Positions 47,385-58,489 of a DNA stretch of 62,375 bases are shown in pieces. The notes below the pieces were generated by a model. The model made no database searches and was not told the DNA's origin. It saw only the letters and a program-made list of their open reading frames with translations. Location of the stretch: sequence record SRR2962707_792. One strand, 5' to 3'. Each line of letters opens with the position of its first letter. The first letter of the stretch is position 1. Position numbers and translations under genes: made by a program.

Positions 47385-47837
47385 ATGGAGTTCAAATCAC
47401 AAATGAATGTTGCGCTACAGGAAGCGCGGGCCGCCGGAGCGCGTGGTGAAGTCCCTGTAGGCGCTGTGATTGTTGCGCCATCTGGCGAGGTTATTGCCCA
47501 AGCGGGAAACCGCACGAGAGAATTGAACGACCCGACCGCCCATGCAGAGATGCTGGTTATACGTGCAGCATGCTCTCTTTTGTCTCAGGAACGGCTGGCG
47601 GGGTATGATTTGTATGTGACTTTGGAACCCTGTCCGATGTGTGCCGCCGCGATTTCATTCGCCCGCATTCGTCGGCTTTATTATGGGGCGTCTGATCCTA
47701 AGTCCGGCGGAGTTGGGCAGGGGCCCCGGGTGTTCTCGCACCCGCAATGCCACCACGCGCCGGACGTCTATGAGGGCCTCAATGCTGTGGCCTCCGAGGT
47801 CTTGTTGAAAGATTTTTTTGCAGAAAGGCGGACTTAA
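47385..47837 (+). CDS. tadA: tRNA adenosine deaminase
   Basis: GEVPVGAV, DPTAHAE, TLEPCPMC. Confidence 0.88.
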   Translation: MEFKSQMNVALQEARAAGARGEVPVGAVIVAPSGEVIAQAGNRTRELNDPTAHAEMLVIRAACSLLSQERLAGYDLYVTLEPCPMCAAAISFARIRRLYYGASDPKSGGVGQGPRVFSHPQCHHAPDVYEGLNAVASEVLLKDFFAERRT

Positions 47838-48382
47838 TGGGACGGGTCATTCTATTTAATAAGCCGTTTGGTGTGCTGTCTCAGTTTACGGACAAGGGTA
47901 CAGAAGGATCTGCACGAGAGACTTTGTCGTCCTATATAGATGTTCCAGGCGTTTATCCCGCTGGGCGTCTAGACCGGGACAGTGAAGGTTTGATGGTTTT
48001 GACAGATGACGGCGCGCTGCAGGCCCGTATTGCGCACCCGAAATTCAAAAAGCCCAAAACCTATCTTGTTCAGGTCGAGGGCACGGCCACGGCCACGCAG
48101 ATATCAAAACTGCGTCAAGGCGTTGTACTCAAGGATGGCCGGACAAGACCCGCTGAATGTGACCGTATTTCTCCACCAGAGCTTTGGCTGCGGGTGCCGC
48201 CGGTGCGGTTTCGTAAAACGGTGCCGGATTGTTGGCTGACACTTACGATTACGGAGGGGCGGAACCGGCAAGTGCGGCGAATGACGGCCCATGTTGGCCT
48301 GCCCTGTTTGCGTCTGGTGCGCTGGTCTGTGGGCGATTGGTCTTTGGACGGGTTGGACTTGGGGCAATGGCGGGACGCTTGA
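47837..48382 (+). CDS. rluE: Pseudouridine synthase (RluE-like)
   Basis: FNKPFGVLSQF, AGRLDRDSEGL, EGRNRQVRRMTA; no S4 domain. Confidence 0.85.
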   Translation: MGRVILFNKPFGVLSQFTDKGTEGSARETLSSYIDVPGVYPAGRLDRDSEGLMVLTDDGALQARIAHPKFKKPKTYLVQVEGTATATQISKLRQGVVLKDGRTRPAECDRISPPELWLRVPPVRFRKTVPDCWLTLTITEGRNRQVRRMTAHVGLPCLRLVRWSVGDWSLDGLDLGQWRDA

Positions 48383-48401
48383 AGGCGCTTTGTAGCCTGG
48401 G

Positions 48402-48447
48402 CCGCCGGTGGGGACGCCTCCGGCGGGAGTATTTCAGGAAAGATGAA
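48402..48447. repeat. REP-like intergenic palindrome
   Basis: CCGCCGG-N11-CCGGCGG followed by GAGTATTT..AAGATGAA, resembling recalled Roseobacter intergenic repeats; single copy here. Confidence 0.4.
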
Positions 48448-48455
48448 TGGTCAGG

Positions 48456-49346
48456 TCAGACCCATTTTGCCATTGGGGGCAGGCTCATTAAGACGGCATT
48501 GGCGTCGTGGCCTGTTTCAAGACCGAATTTCGTTCCGCGATCATACACCAGATTATATTCGGCATAGAGGCCCCGGTGCACCAATTGCGCATCCTTGTCG
48601 GGGGCTTCGAAACTGTCTGTTCGGCGTTTCTCAACAAGCGGTTGATAGGCCGGAAGAAACGCGCGCCCGATGTCTTGGGTCAACGCGAAGTCAGCTTCCC
48701 AATCGCCTGTGTTGAGGTCATCCATGAATATGCCACCGACGCCGCGCGCCCTGTTGCGGTGCGGGATATAGAAATATTCATCAGCCCATTCTTTCAGGCG
48801 CGGGTAGATTTCCGCCCCGTGGGGATCGAGGTATTTTTGCTGTGTGGCGTGAAAATGGGCGGTGTCGTCGTCATATTCGAGACAAGGGTTCAGGTCTGAG
48901 CCGCCGCCGAACCACCATGCATGGGGTGTCCAGAACATCCGGGTGTTCATATGGACCGCCGGGCAGTGCGGATTTTGCATATGGGCGACAAGGCTTATGC
49001 CCGAGGCCCAAAATCTTGGGTCCTCGGCCATGCCAGGAAGACCTTTCCGCGCTGCCATGGCCTTTTGCGCGCGTTCCCCCAAGGTGCCATAGACCGTCGA
49101 GATATTGACGCCGACCTTTTCAAAGACGCGTCCGCCGCGCATCACGCTCATCAAACCGCCGCCGGCATCGGCGCCATCCTCAGAGCCGCGTTTTGTCGTT
49201 GTTAAGTCGAATTTACCAGCAGTTTGGTCGGAAAACGGGCCCGTGTCGTGGCTGTCTTCCAGAGCTTCGAACGCCGAAACGATCTGGTTGCGTAAGTCGC
49301 GGAACCAAGCTTCGGCGCGGTGTTTTTCATCGGCGAAATCGGTCAT
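48456..49346 (-). CDS. hemF: Oxygen-dependent coproporphyrinogen III oxidase
   Basis: FEKVGVN, HMNTR, WWFGGGSDL, EYNLVYDRGTKFGL. Confidence 0.96.
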   Translation of the reverse strand: MTDFADEKHRAEAWFRDLRNQIVSAFEALEDSHDTGPFSDQTAGKFDLTTTKRGSEDGADAGGGLMSVMRGGRVFEKVGVNISTVYGTLGERAQKAMAARKGLPGMAEDPRFWASGISLVAHMQNPHCPAVHMNTRMFWTPHAWWFGGGSDLNPCLEYDDDTAHFHATQQKYLDPHGAEIYPRLKEWADEYFYIPHRNRARGVGGIFMDDLNTGDWEADFALTQDIGRAFLPAYQPLVEKRRTDSFEAPDKDAQLVHRGLYAEYNLVYDRGTKFGLETGHDANAVLMSLPPMAKWV

Positions 49347-49408
49347 GAGCGAATGTCCTGTCTTCGGAAATTTGTTTTAACCCGGGCAATGGCACGTTAG
49401 TGCGGGTG

Positions 49409-50209
49409 TTAATGGGCGGGTACGGCAACCGGATCAAGTAGCGTGCGGCCGCCGTCCACTGTCATGATTTGGCCGGTGACAAAGCCGGCCCCTTCGGAAG
49501 CCAGATATTGAACGGCCTCAGCCAATTCCCCCGGGGCGGCGATCCGGCCGAGCGGGGTATGGTCTTCGATGTCTTCCCGGTAGTTTGAGTTTTCTTTCAA
49601 GGCACCCTTAAGGCTGGCTGACATAACAGAACCAAAGGCGACCGCGTTGACGCGGATACGATGCGGTGCAAGGGCAACAGCCATGGACCGGGTCATCTGA
49701 TCCAATGCTGCTGTGGAGACCGAATAGGCCAAGAGGTCTGGGTGTGTGCGCCGCGCTGCGATGGAGGAGAGGTTGACGATCGAACCGACCTGACCTTCTG
49801 TTTGTCCTTCGGCTTGTTTGATCATCCGACGTGCAATCAGCTGCGACAGGCGAAAGGATGTCATCATGTTCTGTTGAAGCAGCGTTTCCACTGACGCGTC
49901 TTCCAGATTGAGCGGATCCGAGGGCAACATTTGCCGACTACCATTGACCAGAATATCGACGCTGTCGAAAGCGTCAATTGTGGCCGACAACAGGTTGGCA
50001 ATTGTTAGCCTTTCCCGCAGGTCACCGGCGAAGTAGCGGATCGGGCCGTCATCTGGCACATCGCCAATTTCGTTTTGCAGGCGGGTTTCGTCCATATCGG
50101 CAAACATGACATTTGCACCATGGTCGATGAAATGACGGGCTATGGCCAAGCCAACCCCGTTTGCTGCCCCGGTGACAATGGCGGTTTTACCTTCGATGGA
50201 AAACGACAT
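49409..50209 (-). CDS. SDR-family oxidoreductase
   Basis: TGAANGVG, NLSS, IRVNAV, VDGG. Confidence 0.92.
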   Translation of the reverse strand: MSFSIEGKTAIVTGAANGVGLAIARHFIDHGANVMFADMDETRLQNEIGDVPDDGPIRYFAGDLRERLTIANLLSATIDAFDSVDILVNGSRQMLPSDPLNLEDASVETLLQQNMMTSFRLSQLIARRMIKQAEGQTEGQVGSIVNLSSIAARRTHPDLLAYSVSTAALDQMTRSMAVALAPHRIRVNAVAFGSVMSASLKGALKENSNYREDIEDHTPLGRIAAPGELAEAVQYLASEGAGFVTGQIMTVDGGRTLLDPVAVPAH

Positions 50210-50236
50210 GATGCGCTCCTTTTCCGGGGTGAGCCC

Positions 50237-51229
50237 CTATCGACGTGTCCGTTTGGGGCGTTCGGCATGCAGGACTTTAAACTTTGTTCCGCCGCCCAAA
50301 TCAGTGTGAGTTACGAAATATTGTTCGAGCGTGGCCTCATAGGGGAGATGGCGATTGGCCACCATCCACAAATGTCCCGACGGCTTCAGAATCTTTGCGG
50401 CATTCGCGATAAAAGCCTGACCCAAGCCGGGATCGCCCTTCCGGCCAGTGTGAAAGGGCGGGTTCATCAGGACGGAGTCGACTGGGGTAGTAGGACGCCA
50501 AGTAGTTGCGTCGGCCCAGTGAAATTCTGCCCGCGGATCGGTGATGTTCAGACGGGCGCATTCAACGGCAGTATGATCCACCTCTACAACGGCGATGTTT
50601 TCAATGGCCGGGTTTGCCAGAGCGCGGCTGGTCAGATAGCCCCAGCCGCCGCCGAGATCGACGACGGATTTGCCGAGTTTGGGCGGGAGCAAATCGGCCA
50701 AAATGGCAGATGCCGGATCAATCCCGTCTGCTGAAAACACACCGGGCGCAGTAAAGAAGCCGTCGTTGTTTTGCGTCGCCCCTTCAGACGCCCAATCCGA
50801 AAAGACCTCTGACGCCCGGAACCAAAATGCCCGACCATGCGCCTTGGAGACCTGTCCTTCGATTGACGTCTTTGCGCGGACGGCCTTCAGGATCGAATCG
50901 ATCCCATCCGTCTTTTGCCCATCGACAACGATCAGCCCATCTGGGGCGTGCTGTACGGCCATCGCAATGCTGGCTTTGGCAAGGGCGCGAGCCCGCGGCA
51001 ATGTTAGGATGACAGCCGAATGCGGACCATTTGGCGCGACATCTGTTGAAAAGCCACGCTTGGAAAAAATGTCTTGGGCTGTCCACATCGTATCGATCAC
51101 ATGACAGCGCGCTTTCTCAAGAAATCTAAAGGAGTCTGACGGGTCAGGGCCGAACAGGGCGATTGTCCCGTCTTCGGGTAAAACCAGCTCAGCTTGATCC
51201 AAGCAATATTGAAGACGTTCTGCGCCCAT
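50237..51229 (-). CDS. Class I SAM methyltransferase (RsmC-like)
   Basis: PGVFSADGID, DLGGGWG, NPPFH. Confidence 0.88.
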   Translation of the reverse strand: MGAERLQYCLDQAELVLPEDGTIALFGPDPSDSFRFLEKARCHVIDTMWTAQDIFSKRGFSTDVAPNGPHSAVILTLPRARALAKASIAMAVQHAPDGLIVVDGQKTDGIDSILKAVRAKTSIEGQVSKAHGRAFWFRASEVFSDWASEGATQNNDGFFTAPGVFSADGIDPASAILADLLPPKLGKSVVDLGGGWGYLTSRALANPAIENIAVVEVDHTAVECARLNITDPRAEFHWADATTWRPTTPVDSVLMNPPFHTGRKGDPGLGQAFIANAAKILKPSGHLWMVANRHLPYEATLEQYFVTHTDLGGGTKFKVLHAERPKRTRR

Positions 51230-51259
51230 GATGAAACGGCCCCCGGCGATACCGGGCGC

Positions 51260-51622
51260 TTATTCCCGTTCCATGGTGCATTGCAGCGGGTGCTGATGAC
51301 GTCGTGCAAAATCCATCACTTGGCCCACCTTGGTCTCTGCAATTTCATGGCTGAAAACGCCAACGACGGCGACGCCCTTTTTGTGGACCGTTAACATGAT
51401 CTCAAATGCTTGAGCATGGGTCATGCCGAAGAACCGTTCAAGCACATGCACAACGAATTCCATCGGTGTGAAATCGTCGTTCAACAAAAGCACTTTGTAC
51501 AATGGCGGCCGCTTGGTCTTGGGCTTTACGTCGACAACGACATCGGAATCATTGTCGTCGCCTGATGGCGCGTTTGGTCCTGCGGTGGCAGGGCGTAGAG
51601 TCAATGGCAAGGCTTGTGTCAT
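51260..51622 (-). CDS. clpS: ATP-dependent Clp protease adaptor
   Basis: [25 protein letters not shown]. Confidence 0.96.
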   Translation of the reverse strand: MTQALPLTLRPATAGPNAPSGDDNDSDVVVDVKPKTKRPPLYKVLLLNDDFTPMEFVVHVLERFFGMTHAQAFEIMLTVHKKGVAVVGVFSHEIAETKVGQVMDFARRHQHPLQCTMERE

Positions 51623-51719
51623 ATTGGTCTCAATATGCAGGGGCGGGGCAAGTGCAGTAGTGTGTCTATATAACTTGTTGTACGCCTGAGAAAAGAGGCA
51701 GTAGTGCGGGATTGTTAGT

Positions 51720-52421
51720 TTGAGCCGGAAATTGGTAACAATTGCATTCGATGCAGACGATACTCTTTGGCAAAATGAACGTTTTTTTCGTCTGACTCAG
51801 GACAGATTCGCCGAATTGCTATCCGACCATGCCCCGCGAGAGGATTTGGATGCCCGTTTGCTAGACGCAGAGCGGCGCAACATCGGGCGTTATGGCTTTG
51901 GGATCAAAGGGTTCGTCCTTTCCATGATCGAAACCGCGATCGAAGTGACTCATCAACAGGTGCAGGCCTCTGTCATCGCGGAACTTATACAGGTTGGGCA
52001 AGAAATGCTCGCCCATCCAATAGAGTTGTTGCCCGGTGCTCAGGATGCGGTTGAGGCCTTAGCCCGAAAGCACCATATTATTTTGATCACCAAGGGGGAC
52101 TTATTAGATCAAGAACGGAAATTGGCGCAGTCAGGTTTGGGCGATCTCTTTGATCAAGTGGAAATCGTGTCGGACAAGACGGTAAAGACTTATGCCCAGA
52201 TATTTGGAGCTGCACAGGGCGGCGCTGAAAAAGCCATGATGGTCGGGAACTCGATGAAGTCAGATATCCGCCCTGCCTTGGTTGCCGGTGCATGGGGTGT
52301 TTTTGTCCCCCAAGAAATGGCGTGGGATCTTGAATACGCCGAGATCCCGGCAGATCATTCGCGATTCAGAGAGCTGTCGGACCTTGGCCAATTGGTCGAG
52401 CTTGTGGCAGATATTCGCTGA
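51720..52421 (+). CDS. HAD-family hydrolase
   Basis: [21 protein letters not shown]. Confidence 0.92.
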   Translation: MSRKLVTIAFDADDTLWQNERFFRLTQDRFAELLSDHAPREDLDARLLDAERRNIGRYGFGIKGFVLSMIETAIEVTHQQVQASVIAELIQVGQEMLAHPIELLPGAQDAVEALARKHHIILITKGDLLDQERKLAQSGLGDLFDQVEIVSDKTVKTYAQIFGAAQGGAEKAMMVGNSMKSDIRPALVAGAWGVFVPQEMAWDLEYAEIPADHSRFRELSDLGQLVELVADIR

Positions 52422-52622
52422 GGGCTTTGCCACATTTTCGCCACAATCGCCTCTATAGCGGCCGTGCTTAGGTTGGCCGCAACATATTGCGAGTTGCGTT
52501 TCCAAAATTTAAGAAAAGGCTTGCAAATTAAGACTTTGTCGCCCGGAGCTCTTGTGATAGCGTCGAAGTAATTAAGAAGCTCACCGAAAAATCGGGAGCC
52601 TGAGGCAGAGAAGGCAGATATC

Positions 52623-54101
52623 GTGGCGGGACGGCAGAAATGGCCGGGCCGGAATGGCCTATTTATTCTCATCGCATTTTGGATGCTCGTACTATTGCCG
52701 CTCAGCGTAGCAGCGGCGCCCTATGCCGCTATGGTAATGGATGCCCGTTCGGGCAAAGTACTGCATTCAAGAAACGCGGACACGCGACTCCATCCGGCGT
52801 CGCTGACCAAGATGATGACACTGTACATCGCATTTGAAGCGGTGGAACACGGTGAAATCTCTATGGATACTTTGGTGCGCGTGTCAAAACACGCAGCCAA
52901 CGAACCGCCGTCCAAATTAGGTCTGCGGTCCGGACAACGTATTAAGTTACGCTACCTCGTGCGTGCCGCAGCCGTCAAATCAGCCAATGATGCGGCGACT
53001 GCGATTGGCGAGGCCATCTCTGGGTCTGAGGCGGCGTTTGCGCGTCGTATGAACCGGACGGCCAAAGCCATGGGGATGACGCGGACGACGTTTAAGAACG
53101 CGAATGGCCTTACAGAAAACGGGCATTTGTCAACAGCGCGCGATATGACCATTCTGGGGCGTCATGTTTTATATGACTATCCCCAATACTATAACCTGTT
53201 TTCTCGTCGAACGGCGGATGCAGGGGTGCGTACCGTAAAACACACGAATCGTCGATTGCTTGACGCCTATAAAGGCGCGGATGGCATTAAGACCGGATAT
53301 ACCCGCGCTGCTGGTTTTAACTTGGTTGCCTCTGCCGAGCGTGGTCAGGAACGTATTATTGCAACTGTGTTCGGCGGCCGTTCCACAGCAAGCCGCAATG
53401 CAAAAGTGGCTGAACTGCTCGATTTGGGGTTCAAACGCGCACCAAGTCGCGTTGCGCTAAGATCTCCGGGCAAGCCAGCTTATGTTGGCGGTGGACGTAA
53501 AGCGCCCGCTGCTGCTGCGAAGGACGAACCGGTTATCGCCTCTGGATCTAAAACGATACCAAAGGGCAAAGGCAAGACAATCCGCGTTGCGTCTGCGGCG
53601 GCAGTCAAGAAAAGCCTTCGACCGGTCGCCCGGCCGAGCGCGCCACCGGTACTGGTGGCTGAGGTGATCAAAGATGACCTGAAAAAACTGTTGAAAGAAG
53701 CGCAGGAAACCGAAGTCGCCGTCGCACCGAAGCCGACGTCAAAGGTCAAACCGGAAATGCGGCCTGCTAACTTGACGGTAGCGAGCCTGAGCGACGTAGA
53801 CGCTGACATAGACAATGAACCGCACGAAGAAGTTGTCATAGTTGAGCGCTTGTCCACGTCGGGTGGGCGTCATTGGGGCGTCAATATTGGACGTTACCCC
53901 AGTAAGTTCCATGCACAGAAAGCCCTGTTGAAAACGGCATTGACGGAGATGTCGACGCTGGACGGCTCATTGCGCAAGATCGTCGGACGCAAGAACGGCT
54001 TTGATGCGAACTTCATGGGGCTGACGCGAGAGACCGCTGACCTTGCGTGTCGTCGCTTGCAAGCACGACAGGTGACCTGCTTTATGATTGGACCGGGGTA
54101 A
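52623..54101 (+). CDS. D-alanyl-D-alanine carboxypeptidase (S11) with C-terminal extension
   Basis: PASLTK, SAN, KTG motifs. Confidence 0.92.
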   Translation: MAGRQKWPGRNGLFILIAFWMLVLLPLSVAAAPYAAMVMDARSGKVLHSRNADTRLHPASLTKMMTLYIAFEAVEHGEISMDTLVRVSKHAANEPPSKLGLRSGQRIKLRYLVRAAAVKSANDAATAIGEAISGSEAAFARRMNRTAKAMGMTRTTFKNANGLTENGHLSTARDMTILGRHVLYDYPQYYNLFSRRTADAGVRTVKHTNRRLLDAYKGADGIKTGYTRAAGFNLVASAERGQERIIATVFGGRSTASRNAKVAELLDLGFKRAPSRVALRSPGKPAYVGGGRKAPAAAAKDEPVIASGSKTIPKGKGKTIRVASAAAVKKSLRPVARPSAPPVLVAEVIKDDLKKLLKEAQETEVAVAPKPTSKVKPEMRPANLTVASLSDVDADIDNEPHEEVVIVERLSTSGGRHWGVNIGRYPSKFHAQKALLKTALTEMSTLDGSLRKIVGRKNGFDANFMGLTRETADLACRRLQARQVTCFMIGPG

Positions 54102-54122
54102 ACTCGGTTTAGTTCGGAATCG

Positions 54123-54158
54123 AAAAACCGGGGGCAGGGAACTGCGCCCGGTTTTTTT
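54123..54158. terminator. Bidirectional intrinsic terminator
   Basis: AAAAACCGGG..CCCGGTTTTTTT between convergent genes. Confidence 0.8.
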
Positions 54159-54172
54159 ATGTCAGCTAAAGC

Positions 54173-54331
54173 TCAGAGTTTGGGGCGATCGTCATAGTCT
54201 TTGTTGAGGATACGTCGGGCGTCGCCTTCTGGGTCGTCATATTGCCGCGTCTTGACCGTGAACAAAAAGGCCACCAGGCCGAACCCTCCGAGGATCAGCG
54301 AAATCGGAATAAGAAAAGCGAGAACATTCAT
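54173..54331 (-). CDS. ccoS: cbb3 oxidase maturation protein CcoS
   Basis: 52 aa MNVLAFLIPISLILGG..QYDDPEGDARRIL; absent from ORF track. Confidence 0.92.
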   Translation of the reverse strand: MNVLAFLIPISLILGGFGLVAFLFTVKTRQYDDPEGDARRILNKDYDDRPKL

Positions 54332-54336
54332 TCTTG

Positions 54337-56523
54337 TTACCTAACACGCAATGCATTGAGAGAGACGGTAATCGAAGAGGCAGACATCGCCAAGGCTGCG
54401 ATCAAGGGAGAGCATAGGCCGGCAACAGCCAGCGGAACAGCGACAAGATTATAAACCGTTGCGATGCGAAAGTTCTCCTTGATGCGTTTCGTGGCCTTGC
54501 GCGCGGTGAGCAAGGCTTCGGGGATAGGTTGCAAGGACGTGCCCAACAAGACAACATCAGAGGCCACGCGCGCGGCATCCAAAGCCGAGGCAGGCGATAT
54601 GGACACATGCGCACCGGCCAAAGCCGCTGTATCGTTAAGGCCGTCGCCCACCATCAGCACTTTTGCGCCGTTAGAAGTCAGTTCCTGAATGCTGTCGGCT
54701 TTGTCTCTTGGCAGGGCTTCGGCGCGCCAATCATCAATGCCAAGCCGATCTGCGAGGGATTTGACTGCCAGGACAACGTCGCCTGACATCAATATAACGT
54801 TTTTGCCGTCTGCTTTGAGCGCTGCAACGGCTTCTTGTGCGCCTTCTCGCAAATGGTCTGTAAAGGTAAAGGCCTGCGCCGGGTCGTCTCCGACCTTTAA
54901 CCAAGCGGAAGTCTGAGAGGATTGTGGGCAGCCAACCCAGGCAGCCCGACCTAAGCGCACTTGTTGACCCTGCCAGATGCCTTGGGTGCCATATCCCGGA
55001 ACTTCGGTGATCTCGTTGACTGTCGCAGGGGCGACGCCACTTGATCGCATCGCCTCTGTCATTGCCTGAGACAGCGGATGGGATGAGCCCATAGCCAATG
55101 CCAGAGCGATCTTTTGAGAGGCAACCGGGACATCATCCAAGTTGGTTACCTCAGGAGTCCCCTCGGTCAGAGTGCCGGTTTTGTCGAACACAACGGTGTC
55201 GACCTCTGCCAGACGTTCCAGCGCGGTTTCATGTTTGATTAACATCCCCTTGCGGAACAGCCGACCCGAAGCCGCAGTTGTTACCGCAGGTACTGCCAGC
55301 CCCAGGGCACAAGGGCAGGTGATTATGAGGACGGCAGCCGCGATGTTCAGGGCGACGCGGAAGTCGCCGCTATAGAGAAGCCAACCAACAAAGGCCAACG
55401 CCGACAGAATATGCACGCCTGGAGCGTAAAGCTGCGCCGCTTTGTCTGCCAAAGAGGTGTATCGCGACCGCCCGGATTCGGCGATGGCGACAAGATCGGC
55501 CATCCGATGCAAGGAGGTGTCTCGCCCCACAGCCACCGTTTGAATTGTCAGGGGGCCGGTCAGGTTGACTTCTCCTGCGCTGACATGCTGGCCCGGCGCG
55601 GCAAAAACCGGCAGAGTTTCTCCGGTCAACAAGGAGCGGTCCAGTTCCGATTGGCCTTCTGTGATTGTACCATCCACGGGCATTCGACCCCCGGGACGGA
55701 CGCGGATCAGATCTCCGACAGCCAATTCTGCAACGTTTACTGTCTCTTCAACGCCATCAACAATCCGCACGGCTCTGGGCACTTCGAGGGCGGCCAATTC
55801 TTCGGCGGCGGATCTGGCAATGGCACGTGTGCGGTGGTCCAGATACCTTCCGGCCAACAGAAAGAACGTCAACGCGATGGCGGCATCAAAATAGGCGTGT
55901 TCCCCGGAAAGGGCCGTTTCCCACAGCGATGTCCCCAAGGCCAACAGGATAGCGAGCGAAATCGGCACATCCATGTTGAGCTTTTTGTGGCGCAAGGCTG
56001 CCCAAGCATTGACGAAAAACGGCTGAGCGGAAAACAGGATTGTCGGCAACGCGATCATCGCCGAAATCCAATGGAACATGTCGCGGGTCACTCCATCCGC
56101 TCCGGACCAGACGGCCACAGACAACAGCATGATGTTCATTGAGGCAAAACCCGCAACAGCCAAACGCATCAACAAGTTGCGTCCGGCCTTGTCGGTTTGG
56201 GTGGCGCTCAGCGCACCTGCATCCAATTCATGCGCCTCGTATCCGACCTGTTTCAACCGTTGTATCAAGTCATCAGCCGTCAGGTCCGCATCAGCTTGGA
56301 TCTGAGCGCGCTTTAGCGTCAGATTCACACGGGCATTTTGTACACCCGGCGTCGCATGCAGCGCTCGTTCCACCGTCGATATGCAAGCTGCACAGTGGAT
56401 CGAGGGCAGGGACAGGGCGATGTCGACGTCTTTCAGAGCGGCGGCTTCTGCGATGGCTTCAGCCGCGGGTGCCGCGGCGCATGCGGGACAGGCGCTGACA
56501 GGCGCATTTAGAGCCATCGACAT
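54337..56523 (-). CDS. ccoI: Cu P-type ATPase CcoI/FixI
   Basis: HMA CAAC, TGE, CPC, DKTGT, GDGLND. Confidence 0.93.
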   Translation of the reverse strand: MSMALNAPVSACPACAAAPAAEAIAEAAALKDVDIALSLPSIHCAACISTVERALHATPGVQNARVNLTLKRAQIQADADLTADDLIQRLKQVGYEAHELDAGALSATQTDKAGRNLLMRLAVAGFASMNIMLLSVAVWSGADGVTRDMFHWISAMIALPTILFSAQPFFVNAWAALRHKKLNMDVPISLAILLALGTSLWETALSGEHAYFDAAIALTFFLLAGRYLDHRTRAIARSAAEELAALEVPRAVRIVDGVEETVNVAELAVGDLIRVRPGGRMPVDGTITEGQSELDRSLLTGETLPVFAAPGQHVSAGEVNLTGPLTIQTVAVGRDTSLHRMADLVAIAESGRSRYTSLADKAAQLYAPGVHILSALAFVGWLLYSGDFRVALNIAAAVLIITCPCALGLAVPAVTTAASGRLFRKGMLIKHETALERLAEVDTVVFDKTGTLTEGTPEVTNLDDVPVASQKIALALAMGSSHPLSQAMTEAMRSSGVAPATVNEITEVPGYGTQGIWQGQQVRLGRAAWVGCPQSSQTSAWLKVGDDPAQAFTFTDHLREGAQEAVAALKADGKNVILMSGDVVLAVKSLADRLGIDDWRAEALPRDKADSIQELTSNGAKVLMVGDGLNDTAALAGAHVSISPASALDAARVASDVVLLGTSLQPIPEALLTARKATKRIKENFRIATVYNLVAVPLAVAGLCSPLIAALAMSASSITVSLNALRVR

Positions 56524-56526
56524 CGA

Positions 56527-56988
56527 TCACCCTTTCACATGCAAAATGACACGTTGTTCAAACAATGTGCCGTCCAGCGCGCGTGCTTTCATACGGATGT
56601 TCCAGTTGCCAGCGCCCAAAACTTCGCGGGCGACATAGGCTGTGCCGTCGAAGGAAAAGTCTGGTGTCAGATCATCCCGGATCGTGGTGGCCCGCCCGAC
56701 GGTTGCATCAAGTGATCCGACTTGAACAGCCTGACCATCCTCAGTTGTGATTGCGAGTTTGATCAATCCGTTCTCAGCGTCTGCGCGTACAGTCCACCCT
56801 AAAGACGTTTGTTCAGCCAGACGGGTGTTAAAATTTTGGCTCGCGACGTAGGAGTTCTTCACTTCAAGGCCAGGAAAGGATTTGACCGCATTGTAGGCGA
56901 GGGCGAGGTTTGCGCCGATGATTATGGCAAAGGCGCCCCCGAAAATACCCAACGCGTGCCAACCGTTCAGTTTGAAATCTTTCGTCAT
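56527..56988 (-). CDS. ccoH: CcoH/FixH
   Basis: FPGLEVKNSYVASQ.FN; position in ccoGHIS. Confidence 0.92.
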   Translation of the reverse strand: MTKDFKLNGWHALGIFGGAFAIIIGANLALAYNAVKSFPGLEVKNSYVASQNFNTRLAEQTSLGWTVRADAENGLIKLAITTEDGQAVQVGSLDATVGRATTIRDDLTPDFSFDGTAYVAREVLGAGNWNIRMKARALDGTLFEQRVILHVKG

Positions 56989-58424
56989 TGATTGTCCCTT
57001 CCGTTGAAAACGGTGTCATTATGTGCGCGTTCGCCGTTGGCGGTGTCTTCTACCCAAAAGCGGAAAGCCGTGCGCTCGTCTTGCGCGGGGGCTGAACTGG
57101 CGGGAGCGATCACGTAAACGCGTTGAAGATAGGTTTGGTTGGCGGGCACGTTGACGGTTTCATAAGGTGTGCCTTCCAACTGGATGTGCAGCGACGGGTG
57201 GCCTGTCAGGGTCATTCTGAACGGTCGGTCTTCGCCATGTTTATTGAGCAAACGCACGTCATATGTGTTGCGTACCGATCCATCTGACAGGGTTACAAAG
57301 GTTGGGTTTCGCACTGGGGCTACCGACATTTCGATATCGGGGCGGATGAAAAGAGCGAACACTAGGCCGATGCCAACCACGGACCAAAGCGATGTGTACA
57401 TAATGGTGCGGGGTCGGAAGATGTGTTTCCAGATCGAGCGGGGCAGGCCACCGGCCCGTTCGCGCGGCTCGTCAGACAAGGCAAGGTAGTCAATCAATCC
57501 GCGTTCTTTGCCAATTTTCGCCATGACGTCGTCGCAGGCATCAATGCAAAGCGCACAGGTGATACATTCCATCTGTTGGCCGTCACGGATGTCGATGCCC
57601 ATCGGGCAAACATTCACGCAGGCCATACAGTCAATGCAATCCCCAAGCGGTTCAGCTTTTTCCGCCTTGCGATGTTTGCCCCGTGGTTCACCCCTCCAAT
57701 CGCGGTAACCAACGGTCAAAGTGTCTTCGTCCATCATGGCGGCTTGAATGCGTGGCCACGGACAGGCGTAGATGCAGATCTGTTCGCGAGCGAACCCGCC
57801 AAAGACGAAGGTTGTCGCCGTCAGAATGAGCATTGTTGTGTAGGCCACTGGATGCGCGCTGAACGTCAGCAAATCCCAGAAAAGAGTCGGCGCATCAGTG
57901 AAATAGAACACCCAAGCCCCACCCGTTGCCAGCGCAATCATAAACCAGACAACCCATTTCGTCAGGCGCAACCGCATCTTGCGAAAGTCCATTTTCTTTT
58001 GACGGTGCAACCTAAGGCGCGCGTTCCGGTCGCCCTCGATCCAGCGCTCCACCAAGATGAACAGATCCGTCCAAACTGTCTGAGGGCAGGTGTACCCACA
58101 CCAGACGCGCCCTAAGGCTGACGTAAACAAAAACAGGCCCAGCCCCGCCATGATAAGAAGCCCGGCGACAAAATAGAATTCATGTGGCCAGATTTCGATC
58201 CAGAAGAAAAAGAACCGGCGATGTGCCAAATCAATCAGGACAGCCTGGTCTGGAAGTTGAGGGCCTCGGTCCCAACGGATCCAAGGCACCAGATAGTAAA
58301 TTCCAAGTGTGAAGATCATGATGATCCACTTGAAGTTTCTGAAATTGCCTTTCACCCGTCGCGGAAAAATAGGTTCGCGCGGGGCGTAAAGGCTTGGAGG
58401 AGGGGTATTATCGGATGAAGACAC
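56985..58424 (-). CDS. ccoG: CcoG/FixG 4Fe-4S membrane protein
   Basis: GRVWCGYTCPQT, CIDCMACVNVCP, CITCALCIDAC. Confidence 0.95.
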   Translation of the reverse strand: MSSSDNTPPPSLYAPREPIFPRRVKGNFRNFKWIIMIFTLGIYYLVPWIRWDRGPQLPDQAVLIDLAHRRFFFFWIEIWPHEFYFVAGLLIMAGLGLFLFTSALGRVWCGYTCPQTVWTDLFILVERWIEGDRNARLRLHRQKKMDFRKMRLRLTKWVVWFMIALATGGAWVFYFTDAPTLFWDLLTFSAHPVAYTTMLILTATTFVFGGFAREQICIYACPWPRIQAAMMDEDTLTVGYRDWRGEPRGKHRKAEKAEPLGDCIDCMACVNVCPMGIDIRDGQQMECITCALCIDACDDVMAKIGKERGLIDYLALSDEPRERAGGLPRSIWKHIFRPRTIMYTSLWSVVGIGLVFALFIRPDIEMSVAPVRNPTFVTLSDGSVRNTYDVRLLNKHGEDRPFRMTLTGHPSLHIQLEGTPYETVNVPANQTYLQRVYVIAPASSAPAQDERTAFRFWVEDTANGERAHNDTVFNGRDNQ

Positions 58425-58489
58425 GGCAGAATCGCTCCGCTGATCAGATTGCAGTCATGCCGTTGTCTCAGGGCGGCGCTGCTGCGGCT

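Noticed and set aside
46046-51229. Cluster of RNA-modification genes (rluB, tadA, rluE, rsmC-like) as a novel system
   Set aside because: Housekeeping genes in mixed orientations with no sign of co-regulation
51260-51622. clpS without adjacent clpA
   Set aside because: From recall, this separation is common in this lineage
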